A stretch of 41,846 bases of DNA from positions 1-41,846 of the forward strand of contig JAFGDV010000016.1 of the NCBI GenBank assembly GCA_016931955.1. The letters run 5' to 3'. Both the position numbers and the translations under genes were made by a program. Shown one piece after another: positions 8,362 through 17,488 of this stretch. Every line of letters begins with the position of its first letter. Within the stretch, counting starts at the first letter, position 1. The notes below the pieces were generated by a model. The model saw only the letters and a list, made by a program, of their open reading frames with translations, was not told the DNA's origin and did no database searches. The DNA comes from Candidatus Altiarchaeota archaeon. GTDB taxonomy: Archaea > Altiarchaeota > Altiarchaeia > IMC4 > QMZM01.

Positions 8362-9198
8362 ATGGCTGGAGAAAAACTAGTGTATCGAGGAAAATCAAAG
8401 GATGTTTATGAGATAAGTAGGGGAGAACACGCTGGAAGATACCGCTTTGTTTTCACAGACAGGGCGACTGGTTATATTGAAGATGGAAAGCCTGTCTTCG
8501 ATCCAGGATACGACGTCGTCGTCGGTGAGATTCCAGGAAAAGGAGCCATAGCATGCGGGTTTGCGACATACTTCTTCAAGCTCTTACAGGATTATGATAT
8601 CCCATCACACTATATCGAAACCGTAGGCGACAACGAGATGATCGTCAAACCCGCGACGCCGATAAGCATGCCAGCTGAGGCGCCGGAATTCGAAGGAGCA
8701 GCTCCCATGCAGAACATCGAGTGGACTTGGAGGAACAACACACAAGGAAGCTTCTGGCGCAGGTATCCATTCGTGAAACCCGGCAAGAATCTCAATCAAG
8801 TGGTTGAAGCATGGACTAAGGGAGCATCAGACACTCTCATAACATTCGAGGCACTGGAGGCTTCAGGAGCGATGACCAAGGGGGAGATAACATACTCTGA
8901 AAAACTCGTCAAGGATATCGCCGAAATCGTAAGCAAGGAATTCACGTCGAAGGGACTGCACGTAGTGGATGGAAAATTCGAGCTCGGAAGGCTGAAGGGA
9001 GGTAGCGGAGAAATCGTATTGATAGATGAAATATCCCCAGACGTGCTGAGGGTGTGTAAGGGGTATGTGTCAGGAGAAAACGGCGACTGCAAGTCTTACA
9101 GGAAATGCATAAACACAAGCCTAATCGACGGTAAAAGAACAATAAAAGCCAGAAACCTGCTGACCGCCAGCGACCTGCAGGAGATATTCCTAAGATAA
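8362..9198 (+). CDS. purC: SAICAR synthetase
   Basis: Motifs YRGKSKDVY, FTDRATG, IPGKG, VDGKFELG and LIDEISPDVLRV. True start is ATG 8362; the upstream extension runs through palindromes. Confidence 0.9.
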   Translation: MAGEKLVYRGKSKDVYEISRGEHAGRYRFVFTDRATGYIEDGKPVFDPGYDVVVGEIPGKGAIACGFATYFFKLLQDYDIPSHYIETVGDNEMIVKPATPISMPAEAPEFEGAAPMQNIEWTWRNNTQGSFWRRYPFVKPGKNLNQVVEAWTKGASDTLITFEALEASGAMTKGEITYSEKLVKDIAEIVSKEFTSKGLHVVDGKFELGRLKGGSGEIVLIDEISPDVLRVCKGYVSGENGDCKSYRKCINTSLIDGKRTIKARNLLTASDLQEIFLR

Positions 9199-9199
9199 T

Positions 9200-9772
9200 C
9201 TATTTCTCTTTTATCTTACATTCCTCCAGTTCTTCCGGCGATATCTTCATTTTATCCCTGAGTTCCTCGAATTTGCTGTCGTCGTAGGTGCAGCAATCAT
9301 ATCTTGAGATGAACTCCAACCACCACTGAGGAATCTCTTTCCTTATGCTTTCATAGATCCTAAACGCTTTTTCCTTGAAATCCTCAGAAAGCCTATGAGC
9401 CATCGGGCAGTTCTTGTAGTCGACGAAAATCCTGACCTCATCACCTGAAAGCCCGACGAGAACGGGATAAAGCATACCACTTATCGGCTTGCAATTGAAT
9501 TTCTCCAACTCGCACCTGTTCTCCTTGTCTAGGAAAGGACAATCCCCTGCAAGCTTTATCATGTAAACCTCCTCCCCCCGAAATTCGACTATGTTACAGA
9601 CCCTGTCTATGAATTCCTGAGGAGTTAAGTCAAGTTTTTTTGCTATGAACTCCACCTCGCCGGGGAGAAACAAGGCTATCTGATCTCTCTCGCATTTACC
9701 ACCGCATTCACGGCATAAATCAACAATCAAGCCGTCGAATTCCTGATGAATCCGCTCAAAATCAATCGCCAT
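9200..9772 (-). CDS. YkgJ-like cysteine-cluster (Zn/Fe-chelating) protein
   Basis: CRECGGKC and CPFLDKENRC...KP...LYP pattern. Confidence 0.7.
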   Translation of the reverse strand: MAIDFERIHQEFDGLIVDLCRECGGKCERDQIALFLPGEVEFIAKKLDLTPQEFIDRVCNIVEFRGEEVYMIKLAGDCPFLDKENRCELEKFNCKPISGMLYPVLVGLSGDEVRIFVDYKNCPMAHRLSEDFKEKAFRIYESIRKEIPQWWLEFISRYDCCTYDDSKFEELRDKMKISPEELEECKIKEK

Positions 9773-9816
9773 ATAACATAATAGGCTGCAAAAGATAAAG
9801 GAGGGTATATTAAGCC

Positions 9817-10083
9817 ATGAGGGGAGTTATTAATATGGGCTTCTTGGATAGGTTGTTTGGGTTTACAAGATCTTTGTCGAGGGGCAGATACGCATCCTTC
9901 GAAGGACTTCTATCAGGCAAAATAAGGCCGGCATCAGAGTTGGAGGTCAGAGACCAGCTGCTGAGGCTGGCGGAAAAAGATGAAAAACTCAGGAAAGCGT
10001 TGACTGCTTACGTAGAATCCGGCGAATACAAGAAGAGCCCCTTCATAAAAAAAGAGGGGGGAAGCAGCGTCATAAAGAGGTAA
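9817..10083 (+). CDS. Small basic hypothetical protein coupled to the AEP gene (alternative start 9835, MGFLDRLFG)
   Basis: SD-like purine runs precede both ATGs. The stop is 1 nt before the AEP ATG. Amphipathic N-terminus. Confidence 0.75.
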   Translation: MRGVINMGFLDRLFGFTRSLSRGRYASFEGLLSGKIRPASELEVRDQLLRLAEKDEKLRKALTAYVESGEYKKSPFIKKEGGSSVIKR

Positions 10084-10084
10084 C

Positions 10085-11281
10085 ATGAAGGACTTAATCC
10101 CAGACCTGAAGTTCCGGCACATAAGGTTCGTCAACCAGGATGGGAGGTTCATCAAAGCCAGGAGAAAGTTCAGATACTATCATGAACTCCTGGAGTTCCT
10201 GAAGAAAAAAAAGGCTGCTGATTCCTATTACTCAACTGCTAAGTGGCTTAATCCTGAGAGGATAACGCAGGAAAAAAAGGAGGGCGACTATGATACCGTT
10301 TTCCTGGGCTGCGACCTGTTCTTCGACGTCGACTCAAATGAGAAAAACATATTCAAGGTCGTGGAGGAAACACGAGAAGGGGTTAAAAGGGTTCTGGATT
10401 TCATCCGCTGGAAGGGGTGGGAGATAAGATACATTGCATTCTCTGGGGCAAAGGGATTCCATGTATCCGTAAAGGATCCACTGGCTTATTCCTCACCTGA
10501 GCCGAAGAAGAGGGAAACTGAAGCCAAAGAATTCAGGGCAAAAATCGCCAGAGAGGTTACTAAGAAAGGCCTTAACGTGGACTTGGGTGTTCTAAAAGAT
10601 GTAAGAAGGATCGTCAGAATCCCGTTCACCTACAACTCCAGGAGCGGCTACATGTGTTACCCGATCCAAGAAAAAGACCTCGACCTGGAACCGAAAGAAT
10701 TTTTAGGTAGAATACCTAAGATAGGTTATGGAGGGACGAGCCCGTTAAAGCGGGCGATGAAGGCGCTTCGCCTGATCAGAAAATCCCTGGCTTGTGGGTT
10801 CCCCTCCACCCCACAGGCTGAGTACTACATCGGCTTCTCTGTTTCCTCTACAATCGCGGGAACAAAAAGACACACTCTGATGCTGGAATTCGACAACAAG
10901 ATAGACATTACAGGTATCATAGATTACCTGGGGGATAGAGAGATTATCCCGTTATACACCTACAGAGACTATATCTCAACCCTCGTTTTTTCGCCGACGG
11001 CCTTAGACAGGGGGATGATATTGAAGACCATGAAGAGATTCAATGCGAGAAACTATAACGCCTTCAAGAAATACTCGCACAGTCTGATGAGGGTGGGGAG
11101 ATTCTATACGCCATCTTTCAGGGAGGTTGCCTGGGAGGTTGAGTGCAGAGAAATCATTGGAAAAACATCTGACAGATATCCCTGCTCAAGGGCGCACTGC
11201 CTCCTGCTGGATAGAGATGATAGAACCAACGTCTGCGGCAGCGAAGAAGTCATAGTCAGGCTTGCCAAGATAACACCTTAG
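10085..11281 (+). CDS. Stand-alone archaeo-eukaryotic primase (PriS-like AEP) with an additional C-terminal domain
   Basis: Motif I DLFFDVD, motif II FSGAKGFHV and motif III DxxxxxDVRRIVRIPFTYN, plus YYSTAKW. About 150-aa C-terminal extension after a linker. Confidence 0.88.
   Translation: MKDLIPDLKFRHIRFVNQDGRFIKARRKFRYYHELLEFLKKKKAADSYYSTAKWLNPERITQEKKEGDYDTVFLGCDLFFDVDSNEKNIFKVVEETREGVKRVLDFIRWKGWEIRYIAFSGAKGFHVSVKDPLAYSSPEPKKRETEAKEFRAKIAREVTKKGLNVDLGVLKDVRRIVRIPFTYNSRSGYMCYPIQEKDLDLEPKEFLGRIPKIGYGGTSPLKRAMKALRLIRKSLACGFPSTPQAEYYIGFSVSSTIAGTKRHTLMLEFDNKIDITGIIDYLGDREIIPLYTYRDYISTLVFSPTALDRGMILKTMKRFNARNYNAFKKYSHSLMRVGRFYTPSFREVAWEVECREIIGKTSDRYPCSRAHCLLLDRDDRTNVCGSEEVIVRLAKITP
10701..10820 (+). 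ncRNA. Putative structured RNA element embedded in the AEP linker codons
   Basis: Four hairpins, a GAUGA...GA kink-turn-like motif and a 7-bp pseudoknot (10729-10735 with 10802-10808). Folded by eye only. Confidence 0.5.
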
Positions 11282-11283
11282 AG

Positions 11284-11913
11284 CTATTCGATTGAGTAAT
11301 CGAGTCTCGCAAGCCCCTTAAGTTTTTCTATCATCTCCCCTGAGGAGTCGAATACTGTGATAGTGTCTACTTCATTGTCCCAGAAGGGGTCTTTCCTGTT
11401 CATGTAGATGCCCTCTTCGGTGTTTAAGCCTTCTCCCGTATGAATCGACACAGAGGCTCCGGCTTTCAGATAGAATTCCGGCAACTCGAACGTGCTCTTA
11501 TAGTTCTTGTTCCTGATCCTCCAACCAGTCAGATTCACCGTATAGTCTCCAGTGTTCTTGAGTATAATCCATTCCTCCTCAAGGAAACTCTTCTCTGGTG
11601 TGTATGGGGACTCAAACTGGTAGCCTGCAATCCTCACGTCACTGCTGGTCTTCAGGATGGGAAGGGTTGTTGTGGAGGTTGTTGTCGTCGAAGTCGTCGT
11701 AGATGTTGACGTAGTAGTTGACGTGGTCGACGTCGTGGTTGAGGAGGATGTTGTAACCGCAGGCTGCTGGAGGCAACAAAAGGAATATGCTAAGAAAACG
11801 AGAAAAACCAAGAGAGCGAAAAAAGCCAAGACAAACAAGGGGGATATCTTCTTAGGTTTTTTGGGTTTCTTAGGAGTCTCCTCTTTAGCGGGTTGGGGGG
11901 TTTTTTCTTCCAT
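11284..11913 (-). CDS. Membrane-anchored lamin-tail-domain protein with Thr/Ser linker
   Basis: TM helix, TTTS-rich linker, EWIILKNTG...VNLTGWRI and WDNEVDTITVFD. Start ATG 11913; the longer ORF overlaps hxlB antisense. Confidence 0.88.
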   Translation of the reverse strand: MEEKTPQPAKEETPKKPKKPKKISPLFVLAFFALLVFLVFLAYSFCCLQQPAVTTSSSTTTSTTSTTTSTSTTTSTTTTSTTTLPILKTSSDVRIAGYQFESPYTPEKSFLEEEWIILKNTGDYTVNLTGWRIRNKNYKSTFELPEFYLKAGASVSIHTGEGLNTEEGIYMNRKDPFWDNEVDTITVFDSSGEMIEKLKGLARLDYSIE

Positions 11914-11980
11914 CCTAATACTACAATGGAATTCCAGCAAATAAAACCTTAATTTATTCGCTGAATGGTAATAGATAAAC

Positions 11981-12571
11981 ATGCCAGTGAAGGTCAAGAA
12001 CGCGATGCGCAGCATAGCCAGACACGTCGACAAGATCATAGAGGAACTGGATAACACAGAGATAGAAGAGATGATGAAGCAGATAAAGGGGGCTGATAAG
12101 ATATTCCTCATCGGCGCCGGCCGCTCAGGTCTTGTGGGTAAGACATTCGCCATGCGGCTTGCGCAGCTTGGACTGACGGTTTATGTTATAGGTGAGAGCG
12201 TAACCCCCGCGATGAGCGACAAGGACCTGCTCATAGCGATATCCGGTTCAGGAGAGACCAGTTCGGTTGTCAACGCGGCGAAGACCGCTAAGGGCGTCGG
12301 TTCTAAGATCTTGGCTGTAACCTCCTACCCAAAATCCAGCCTCTGCAAGGTCGCTGATTCCATCGTCGTAGTAAAGGGGAGGACTAAGATCGACATAGAA
12401 AAAGACCACATAAAGAACCTGATAGAGGGAACACACACCTCTCTGACCCCTTTGGGGACATTATTCGAGGACTCTGTGATGATATTCTTTGATGGGGTCA
12501 CGGCTGGATTGATGACGCGTCTTAGGAAGGGAGAAGCCGACTTGAAGAACAGGCACGCGACCCTTGAGTGA
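11981..12571 (+). CDS. hxlB: 6-phospho-3-hexuloisomerase (SIS domain)
   Basis: Motifs GAGRSGLV, FAMRL, ISGSGET, PLGTLFE and C-terminal RHATLE. Confidence 0.95.
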   Translation: MPVKVKNAMRSIARHVDKIIEELDNTEIEEMMKQIKGADKIFLIGAGRSGLVGKTFAMRLAQLGLTVYVIGESVTPAMSDKDLLIAISGSGETSSVVNAAKTAKGVGSKILAVTSYPKSSLCKVADSIVVVKGRTKIDIEKDHIKNLIEGTHTSLTPLGTLFEDSVMIFFDGVTAGLMTRLRKGEADLKNRHATLE

Positions 12572-13309
12572 TTAATGCATCCTGAACCTTAGTATCTCTT
12601 TTTTTGACTCATCTGAGACATTCACTTCAGTCACGACAAGCTCCCCACCCTCAAGATCCAGGACATTAAAACATGGATAAGACCTTCCCTTTAACCTGCG
12701 GGTAGTGGCCGTTCCTGCGGTGATGAAGTACGTGTCCTCCATGCACCAGATCCAGGGCCTGTGTTTATGGCCTGATAGAACAAGGTTTACGCCAACGTCG
12801 TGGCAGACCTTTAAGACGTCGCCCGCATCCAATGGAATGTGCCTCTCTCTCCCAGTCCCTGGGATCGGGATCAGGTGATGGTGCAGCGTCAGAATCCTCA
12901 GCTTGTCCAAATCGGACAGGGTTTCTTCTATGAGAGAGTAGTTCTCTCTGCCAACATGTCCGTCGCTTATATCTGGTTCGCTTGAATCTATGCCAAGAAT
13001 CTGGACCACTCCGTTCTCGTACACTGGAAACCTTTTCTCAAAGACTTCCTCGAAGAGCCTGTAGCCTTCATTCCTGGCGTCATGGTTTCCAGGGATGATG
13101 ATCTTCTTCCTGACTTTTATGGCGTCAAGGTATTCGACTGCCTGATCATACTCATGCATCAGTCCCTCATAGACGAGGTCGCCTGAGACAATCAACACAT
13201 CAGGATCCAGGTTGTTTATCAAGTCAACGACCTTCTGCCCCCACTCTGGGACATAATACTGAGAAGAGACATGGATGTCGGAGATATGCACCATGCGCAT
13301 GTTTTTCAT
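12572..13309 (-). CDS. Calcineurin-like metallophosphoesterase
   Basis: Motifs HISDIH, SGDL, PGNHD, HHH and SGHKH. Confidence 0.93.
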   Translation of the reverse strand: MKNMRMVHISDIHVSSQYYVPEWGQKVVDLINNLDPDVLIVSGDLVYEGLMHEYDQAVEYLDAIKVRKKIIIPGNHDARNEGYRLFEEVFEKRFPVYENGVVQILGIDSSEPDISDGHVGRENYSLIEETLSDLDKLRILTLHHHLIPIPGTGRERHIPLDAGDVLKVCHDVGVNLVLSGHKHRPWIWCMEDTYFITAGTATTRRLKGRSYPCFNVLDLEGGELVVTEVNVSDESKKEILRFRMH

Positions 13310-13420
13310 TCTATTTTTGGCATAAACAACCACTGCACAGGTTATATATCGCCTGTTGGAGATATAAGCTTATGGGATATTGACATCCATAAATTAACGC
13401 TCAATCACGTATTATTTATC

Positions 13421-14605
13421 ATGACGAAACCGAACATCAGGGATACTGGGTATTATTCATACAGGCTGGGTTCTCTGCCGAAGGGCTGCAAGCTCTGCGT
13501 AAGAGGAGAGAAACTGGTACTATTCATCACAGGATTATGCAACAGAGACTGCTTCTATTGTCCACTGTCGGACGAGAAAAAGAATAGAGACGTGGTCTAC
13601 GCGAACGAATGGAATACCGGTTTCAGTGGAGGAACGCTAACTGAGGAGGAAACCAACACAATCCTGAAAGAAGCCAGGCTCTGCGACGCAAAGGGGGCTG
13701 GAGTAACGGGAGGGGATCCCCTGCTCGTATTAGATAGAACCGTTGAGGTCATACGGAAACTGAAGAAAGAATTTGGGGAAGACTTCCACGTGCACCTTTA
13801 CACGACGCCTGAGAATGTGACAGAGGAGAGGCTTGAAAAGCTGTTTAAAGCAGGACTCGACGAGATCAGATTCCACCCATTAGTGTGGGATGACAGGTGT
13901 TGGGATAGAATAGACCTGGCGAAGAAGTTCAACTGGAGTGTTGGAGTGGAGATCCCCGCCATCCTAGGGTATGAAGAACAGACGAAGAAGCTCATAGACT
14001 TCCTTGAGGGGAGAATAGGTTTCCTTAACATCAACGAACTCGAGCTTGCTGACACGAAAGCCAACAAGCTGCTGGAGATGGGCTACAAGGCGAAGAATGA
14101 TGAATCCTATGGCGTATCGGGCAGCGAGGAACTTGCCCTCTCGCTCATGGAATACGTAAGGGAAAAAGGCTACTCCTTCCGGGTGCACTACTGCACATGC
14201 AGGCTGAAGGATGCCGTGCAGATGAAACAGCGGATTTTGAGGCGCGCCGGCAACGTCGCCCAAAAATTCGACAAGATAACAGAGGACGGCATGCTTGTAA
14301 GGGGTGCCATATATTTGCCTGAGCTGAAACCTGGATTCGGCTACCGTAAGAAACTGATGGAATTGAGTAGAGATGAAAGGGAAAAAATCCTCTCCGATCT
14401 CATGGAAGCGAAAAACAGGCTTATATGGGATAGAATGTTCAGGGGAGATGAGCTTGTAGTAGATGACTTCAAGCTGCGGCTTCTTGCATCTAGGAGGAGC
14501 GTGAAGAAGCTCAGGAAGAGGCTTAAGAAAATAGGCCTTGCCCCTGCGCTCGTGGAAGAATACCCGACAAGAGACAGCCTTGAAGTGGACGTAGAGTTCC
14601 TATGA
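13421..14605 (+). CDS. Archaeal radical SAM protein of unknown function
   Basis: GCKLC, CNRDCFYC (CxxxCxxC) and TGGDP. Start ATG 13421. Confidence 0.92.
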   Translation: MTKPNIRDTGYYSYRLGSLPKGCKLCVRGEKLVLFITGLCNRDCFYCPLSDEKKNRDVVYANEWNTGFSGGTLTEEETNTILKEARLCDAKGAGVTGGDPLLVLDRTVEVIRKLKKEFGEDFHVHLYTTPENVTEERLEKLFKAGLDEIRFHPLVWDDRCWDRIDLAKKFNWSVGVEIPAILGYEEQTKKLIDFLEGRIGFLNINELELADTKANKLLEMGYKAKNDESYGVSGSEELALSLMEYVREKGYSFRVHYCTCRLKDAVQMKQRILRRAGNVAQKFDKITEDGMLVRGAIYLPELKPGFGYRKKLMELSRDEREKILSDLMEAKNRLIWDRMFRGDELVVDDFKLRLLASRRSVKKLRKRLKKIGLAPALVEEYPTRDSLEVDVEFL

Positions 14606-14646
14606 ATCAAGTGTATGCAGGGTTAGGGGGAATAAAGGATTAAATC

Positions 14647-16548
14647 TTATTCGACGCCCTTCCTAAAGTGGCCTAAGGTGTACTCTTTCCGTGGGCGCCT
14701 AAACTCCTCGCCAGAAAGAATCCTTTGATAGGCTAAAACAGTCTCACCAACCCTTTCCTCAAGGTCCAAAAGATACTGGACTATGCCAGAATCCGCCAGC
14801 TTGAGGACTCCGCCGTACAGTTCCAGCGGAACGCTGTTCACTACCTGCTTATAGTCAGCCTCAGCCCTCACAGGGAAAACGTAGCCCAACTCATCCTGCA
14901 GACTCTCTTCCCTGAGCTGATACTTCGACGTCATCAGAGGAACTCTTCCGTGAACATAGACCCCGAATCTTTTATCCTTGAACTCCTTAAGCTCGCGCAA
15001 GGAAAGCTCCGGCGAAATAACAGGTATCACTCCACGATCATTCCAGAACCTGACATCGATTTCATTGAAGACATTCCCTGACACATTGAGATAGACCTCA
15101 TACCCCTTTAGAGAAGAGGCCACCCCGAGGTCGCCTGAGAGGACCGACAAAGGATTGATCTTTCTGACTGTTTCGATCGCCGCCGAGGCGTTCCACTCAC
15201 TCAGGCAGCGCGGAACATAAGGGCTTATCCTCTTATCCTCTGTAGGATAGTCTTTCGCTAAGACGTTGTAGTACACCCGCAAAGCCCCAGCATACAATGC
15301 AAGGAAGGCGTCGCTAAGTGAGTAGACCTTGACAAGAAGCCGAGGCTCGACAAGACGCGCATCCTCAGCTTTAGGAAGACGCACATCTGTGGATTTATGC
15401 CGTGAAACAACGAGTCTCTCCTTTTTGGGAAACCAATAAGGCTTCCTCCGCGAAGCCGCCGAGGTTATGAAGACCTCATCGCAGGGTTTAGCGTTTATAT
15501 GCAGTTTAACCCTTCGGCCGGCCTCGGCTTGATGAACATCTCTGCCATTACATTCTATCCTCCTTATAACATCTCCGCAGATCTTCTTTCCAGAAACTAT
15601 TCCGACGCCGTCCCCCACCTGCAGGGATTCACTTAGGGTGATTATGCCACCATCCCCTAGTTTACCCAAAAAGACGCCCCTCTTTCCAGACGCCTCAGGG
15701 GATACAACATCAGACTGCCTGAACATCATCCCCAATGTGTAGCCCCGGCTGAAGGATAACCGCGTATCAAATAAGGCTTCGGGGTCGACTTCTCCTGTGT
15801 CGATGGCCTTCCTGTACAAGTAAGTTGCTGCGGCAACATAATCCGGGCTTCTAAGGCGACCCTCTATTTTAAAAGCTGAAATTCCGGCTTCAATTAGGGG
15901 AGTAATCTTCTCTACGAGGCACAGGTCTTTGGTGGATAGCACGAACCCAGAATTATATTTTTTCCTGCACGGCTGGGCGCATAATCCCCGGTTACCGCTT
16001 CTGCCTCCAAGAAAGGAGGACATAAGACACTGCCCACTAATGGAGAAACAGAGGGCGCCCTGCACGAAGACTTCGACAGGGATGCCCGTCTTCTGCCGGA
16101 ATTCCTTGACCTGGCTTACTGTGAACTCCCTCGGCAGGATGACACGATCTACGCCGCCCAAGATGTTCCCATAGAGGGAGTTGAAGATGCTTGCCTGCGT
16201 CGAGGCGTGGACCTCGATCCCTGGGAAGTTTTCCTTTATTATGGATATGAACGCTAAATCCTGCACGATGATGACGTCGACGCCTGCATCATAAGCACGA
16301 CCTATGAGTTTAAAGTAGGCGGACAGCTCATCATTCTTGACGAGCGTGTTCGCAGCGAGATGGACTCTGACGCCGCGGTCGTGGCAGAATGAAGTTACCT
16401 TAGGTAGGTCTTCTTCGGTGAAGTTCTCAGCCCTGCGGCGGGCATTGAATCTGCCTACGCCAAGGTAGACTGCGTCGGCGCCGTTTTCGACCGCCGCCTT
16501 AAGAGAATCCCAATCGCCTGCTGGGGAGAGAAGCTCGACTGAAGACAT
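14647..16548 (-). CDS. Peptidase U32-family protein (RlhA/TrhP-like)
   Basis: Motifs ELLSPAG, GADAVYLG, HASTQ, FVQGALCFSISGQC, NRGLCAQPCR and KIEGRLR. Confidence 0.93.
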   Translation of the reverse strand: MSSVELLSPAGDWDSLKAAVENGADAVYLGVGRFNARRRAENFTEEDLPKVTSFCHDRGVRVHLAANTLVKNDELSAYFKLIGRAYDAGVDVIIVQDLAFISIIKENFPGIEVHASTQASIFNSLYGNILGGVDRVILPREFTVSQVKEFRQKTGIPVEVFVQGALCFSISGQCLMSSFLGGRSGNRGLCAQPCRKKYNSGFVLSTKDLCLVEKITPLIEAGISAFKIEGRLRSPDYVAAATYLYRKAIDTGEVDPEALFDTRLSFSRGYTLGMMFRQSDVVSPEASGKRGVFLGKLGDGGIITLSESLQVGDGVGIVSGKKICGDVIRRIECNGRDVHQAEAGRRVKLHINAKPCDEVFITSAASRRKPYWFPKKERLVVSRHKSTDVRLPKAEDARLVEPRLLVKVYSLSDAFLALYAGALRVYYNVLAKDYPTEDKRISPYVPRCLSEWNASAAIETVRKINPLSVLSGDLGVASSLKGYEVYLNVSGNVFNEIDVRFWNDRGVIPVISPELSLRELKEFKDKRFGVYVHGRVPLMTSKYQLREESLQDELGYVFPVRAEADYKQVVNSVPLELYGGVLKLADSGIVQYLLDLEERVGETVLAYQRILSGEEFRRPRKEYTLGHFRKGVE

Positions 16549-16549
16549 C

Positions 16550-17488
16550 TTAGAGGTTTATGTAGCCGAAGACTCTCGGCGGCTTCTGCCCGGGATCTAG
16601 GAGCAGCATCCTGCCTGGGAGTATCGGAATCTCTTTTTCGAATTCGAGTGAAATCTTCCCTGAGCCGCCGGCTGCGACTCCTCCTCCTACTACCCTCGCA
16701 GGAACATAATTCAGAAAGGCGGCTGCCTGAAACATATCCCCCACAACAAGTCCGCGCGGCGAATACCTTGAGAGGAACGCCTCAGCATCCATCCTCCTCT
16801 CAGTCCTGATCTTACTGGATGTTGATATGATTGTGCCCCGACCTACGTCCTCGGCCTCCACGCCCTTCAATGCGAGACCTACCCGAACTCCGGCAGAAGC
16901 GTCTTCTACGTCAATGTCTTGAACCTGAACCGACTTCACCTGCGTCCTCTTCCGGCTGGGATATATTATGAGTTCATCATGCTTCTTCACAACGCCCTGC
17001 TTCACAACCCCCAATGCGACGGTTCCAACGCCGCGGACACTAAAGGAGTGATCGATCTGCACTACTGGGTCGCCTTCTCTTTTTAAGTCAAATTCAGCGA
17101 GTTTTTCTCTGATAGCTATAACCTGATCTTCAACGACACCGTATTTGAAGGCAACCGTGCCCGAGATGAAGCTTTTGATCAGTTCTGCGTTCACATTCTC
17201 TCCAAGGATGAGATAACCATGAGACATGTTTAATGCATCAAGTGCGACGACGGTCTCAGCAAAGAAAGAATCCACCGTTTCGACCTTGATGAGGACCTGA
17301 TCGGCCATGTAGAGTGAAGAGACCAGCGACTGAATCTTCTCAGGATAAGAAGACGACTCAATGAAGGATAGTATGGTGTCACCCACCTTAGTGTTGTACA
17401 GCGTAACGTCGCTCGACGTGCCCTTCCTGCCCAGAGAAGACGCCAAACCCTTCCCCAAAACCGCCGAAACATTACCTGAAAAAGCCAT
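16550..17488 (-). CDS. SelB-like (SelBL) translation-factor homolog with degenerate G domain
   Basis: LGRKGTSSDVTLY, YPEKIQSL, IDHSFSVRGVGTVALG and GVRVGLALK (EF-Tu domain II). No intact GxxxxGKT. Start uncertain (17488 or 17497). Confidence 0.85.
   Translation of the reverse strand: MAFSGNVSAVLGKGLASSLGRKGTSSDVTLYNTKVGDTILSFIESSSYPEKIQSLVSSLYMADQVLIKVETVDSFFAETVVALDALNMSHGYLILGENVNAELIKSFISGTVAFKYGVVEDQVIAIREKLAEFDLKREGDPVVQIDHSFSVRGVGTVALGVVKQGVVKKHDELIIYPSRKRTQVKSVQVQDIDVEDASAGVRVGLALKGVEAEDVGRGTIISTSSKIRTERRMDAEAFLSRYSPRGLVVGDMFQAAAFLNYVPARVVGGGVAAGGSGKISLEFEKEIPILPGRMLLLDPGQKPPRVFGYINL

Noticed and set aside
10753-10790. GGCGATG...TTCGCC similarity to the fluoride riboswitch
   Set aside because: The downstream conserved segment and pseudoknot partner are missing, the site is mid-CDS, and no fluoride-related gene follows.
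11657-11944. Val-rich ORFs (also 36196-36474, 37244-37438, 38085-38360)
   Set aside because: They are antisense shadows of poly-Thr codon tracts.
13271-13420. His-rich N-terminal extension of the radical SAM ORF
   Set aside because: It overlaps the divergent phosphoesterase start and intergenic region; ATG 13421 is the plausible start.
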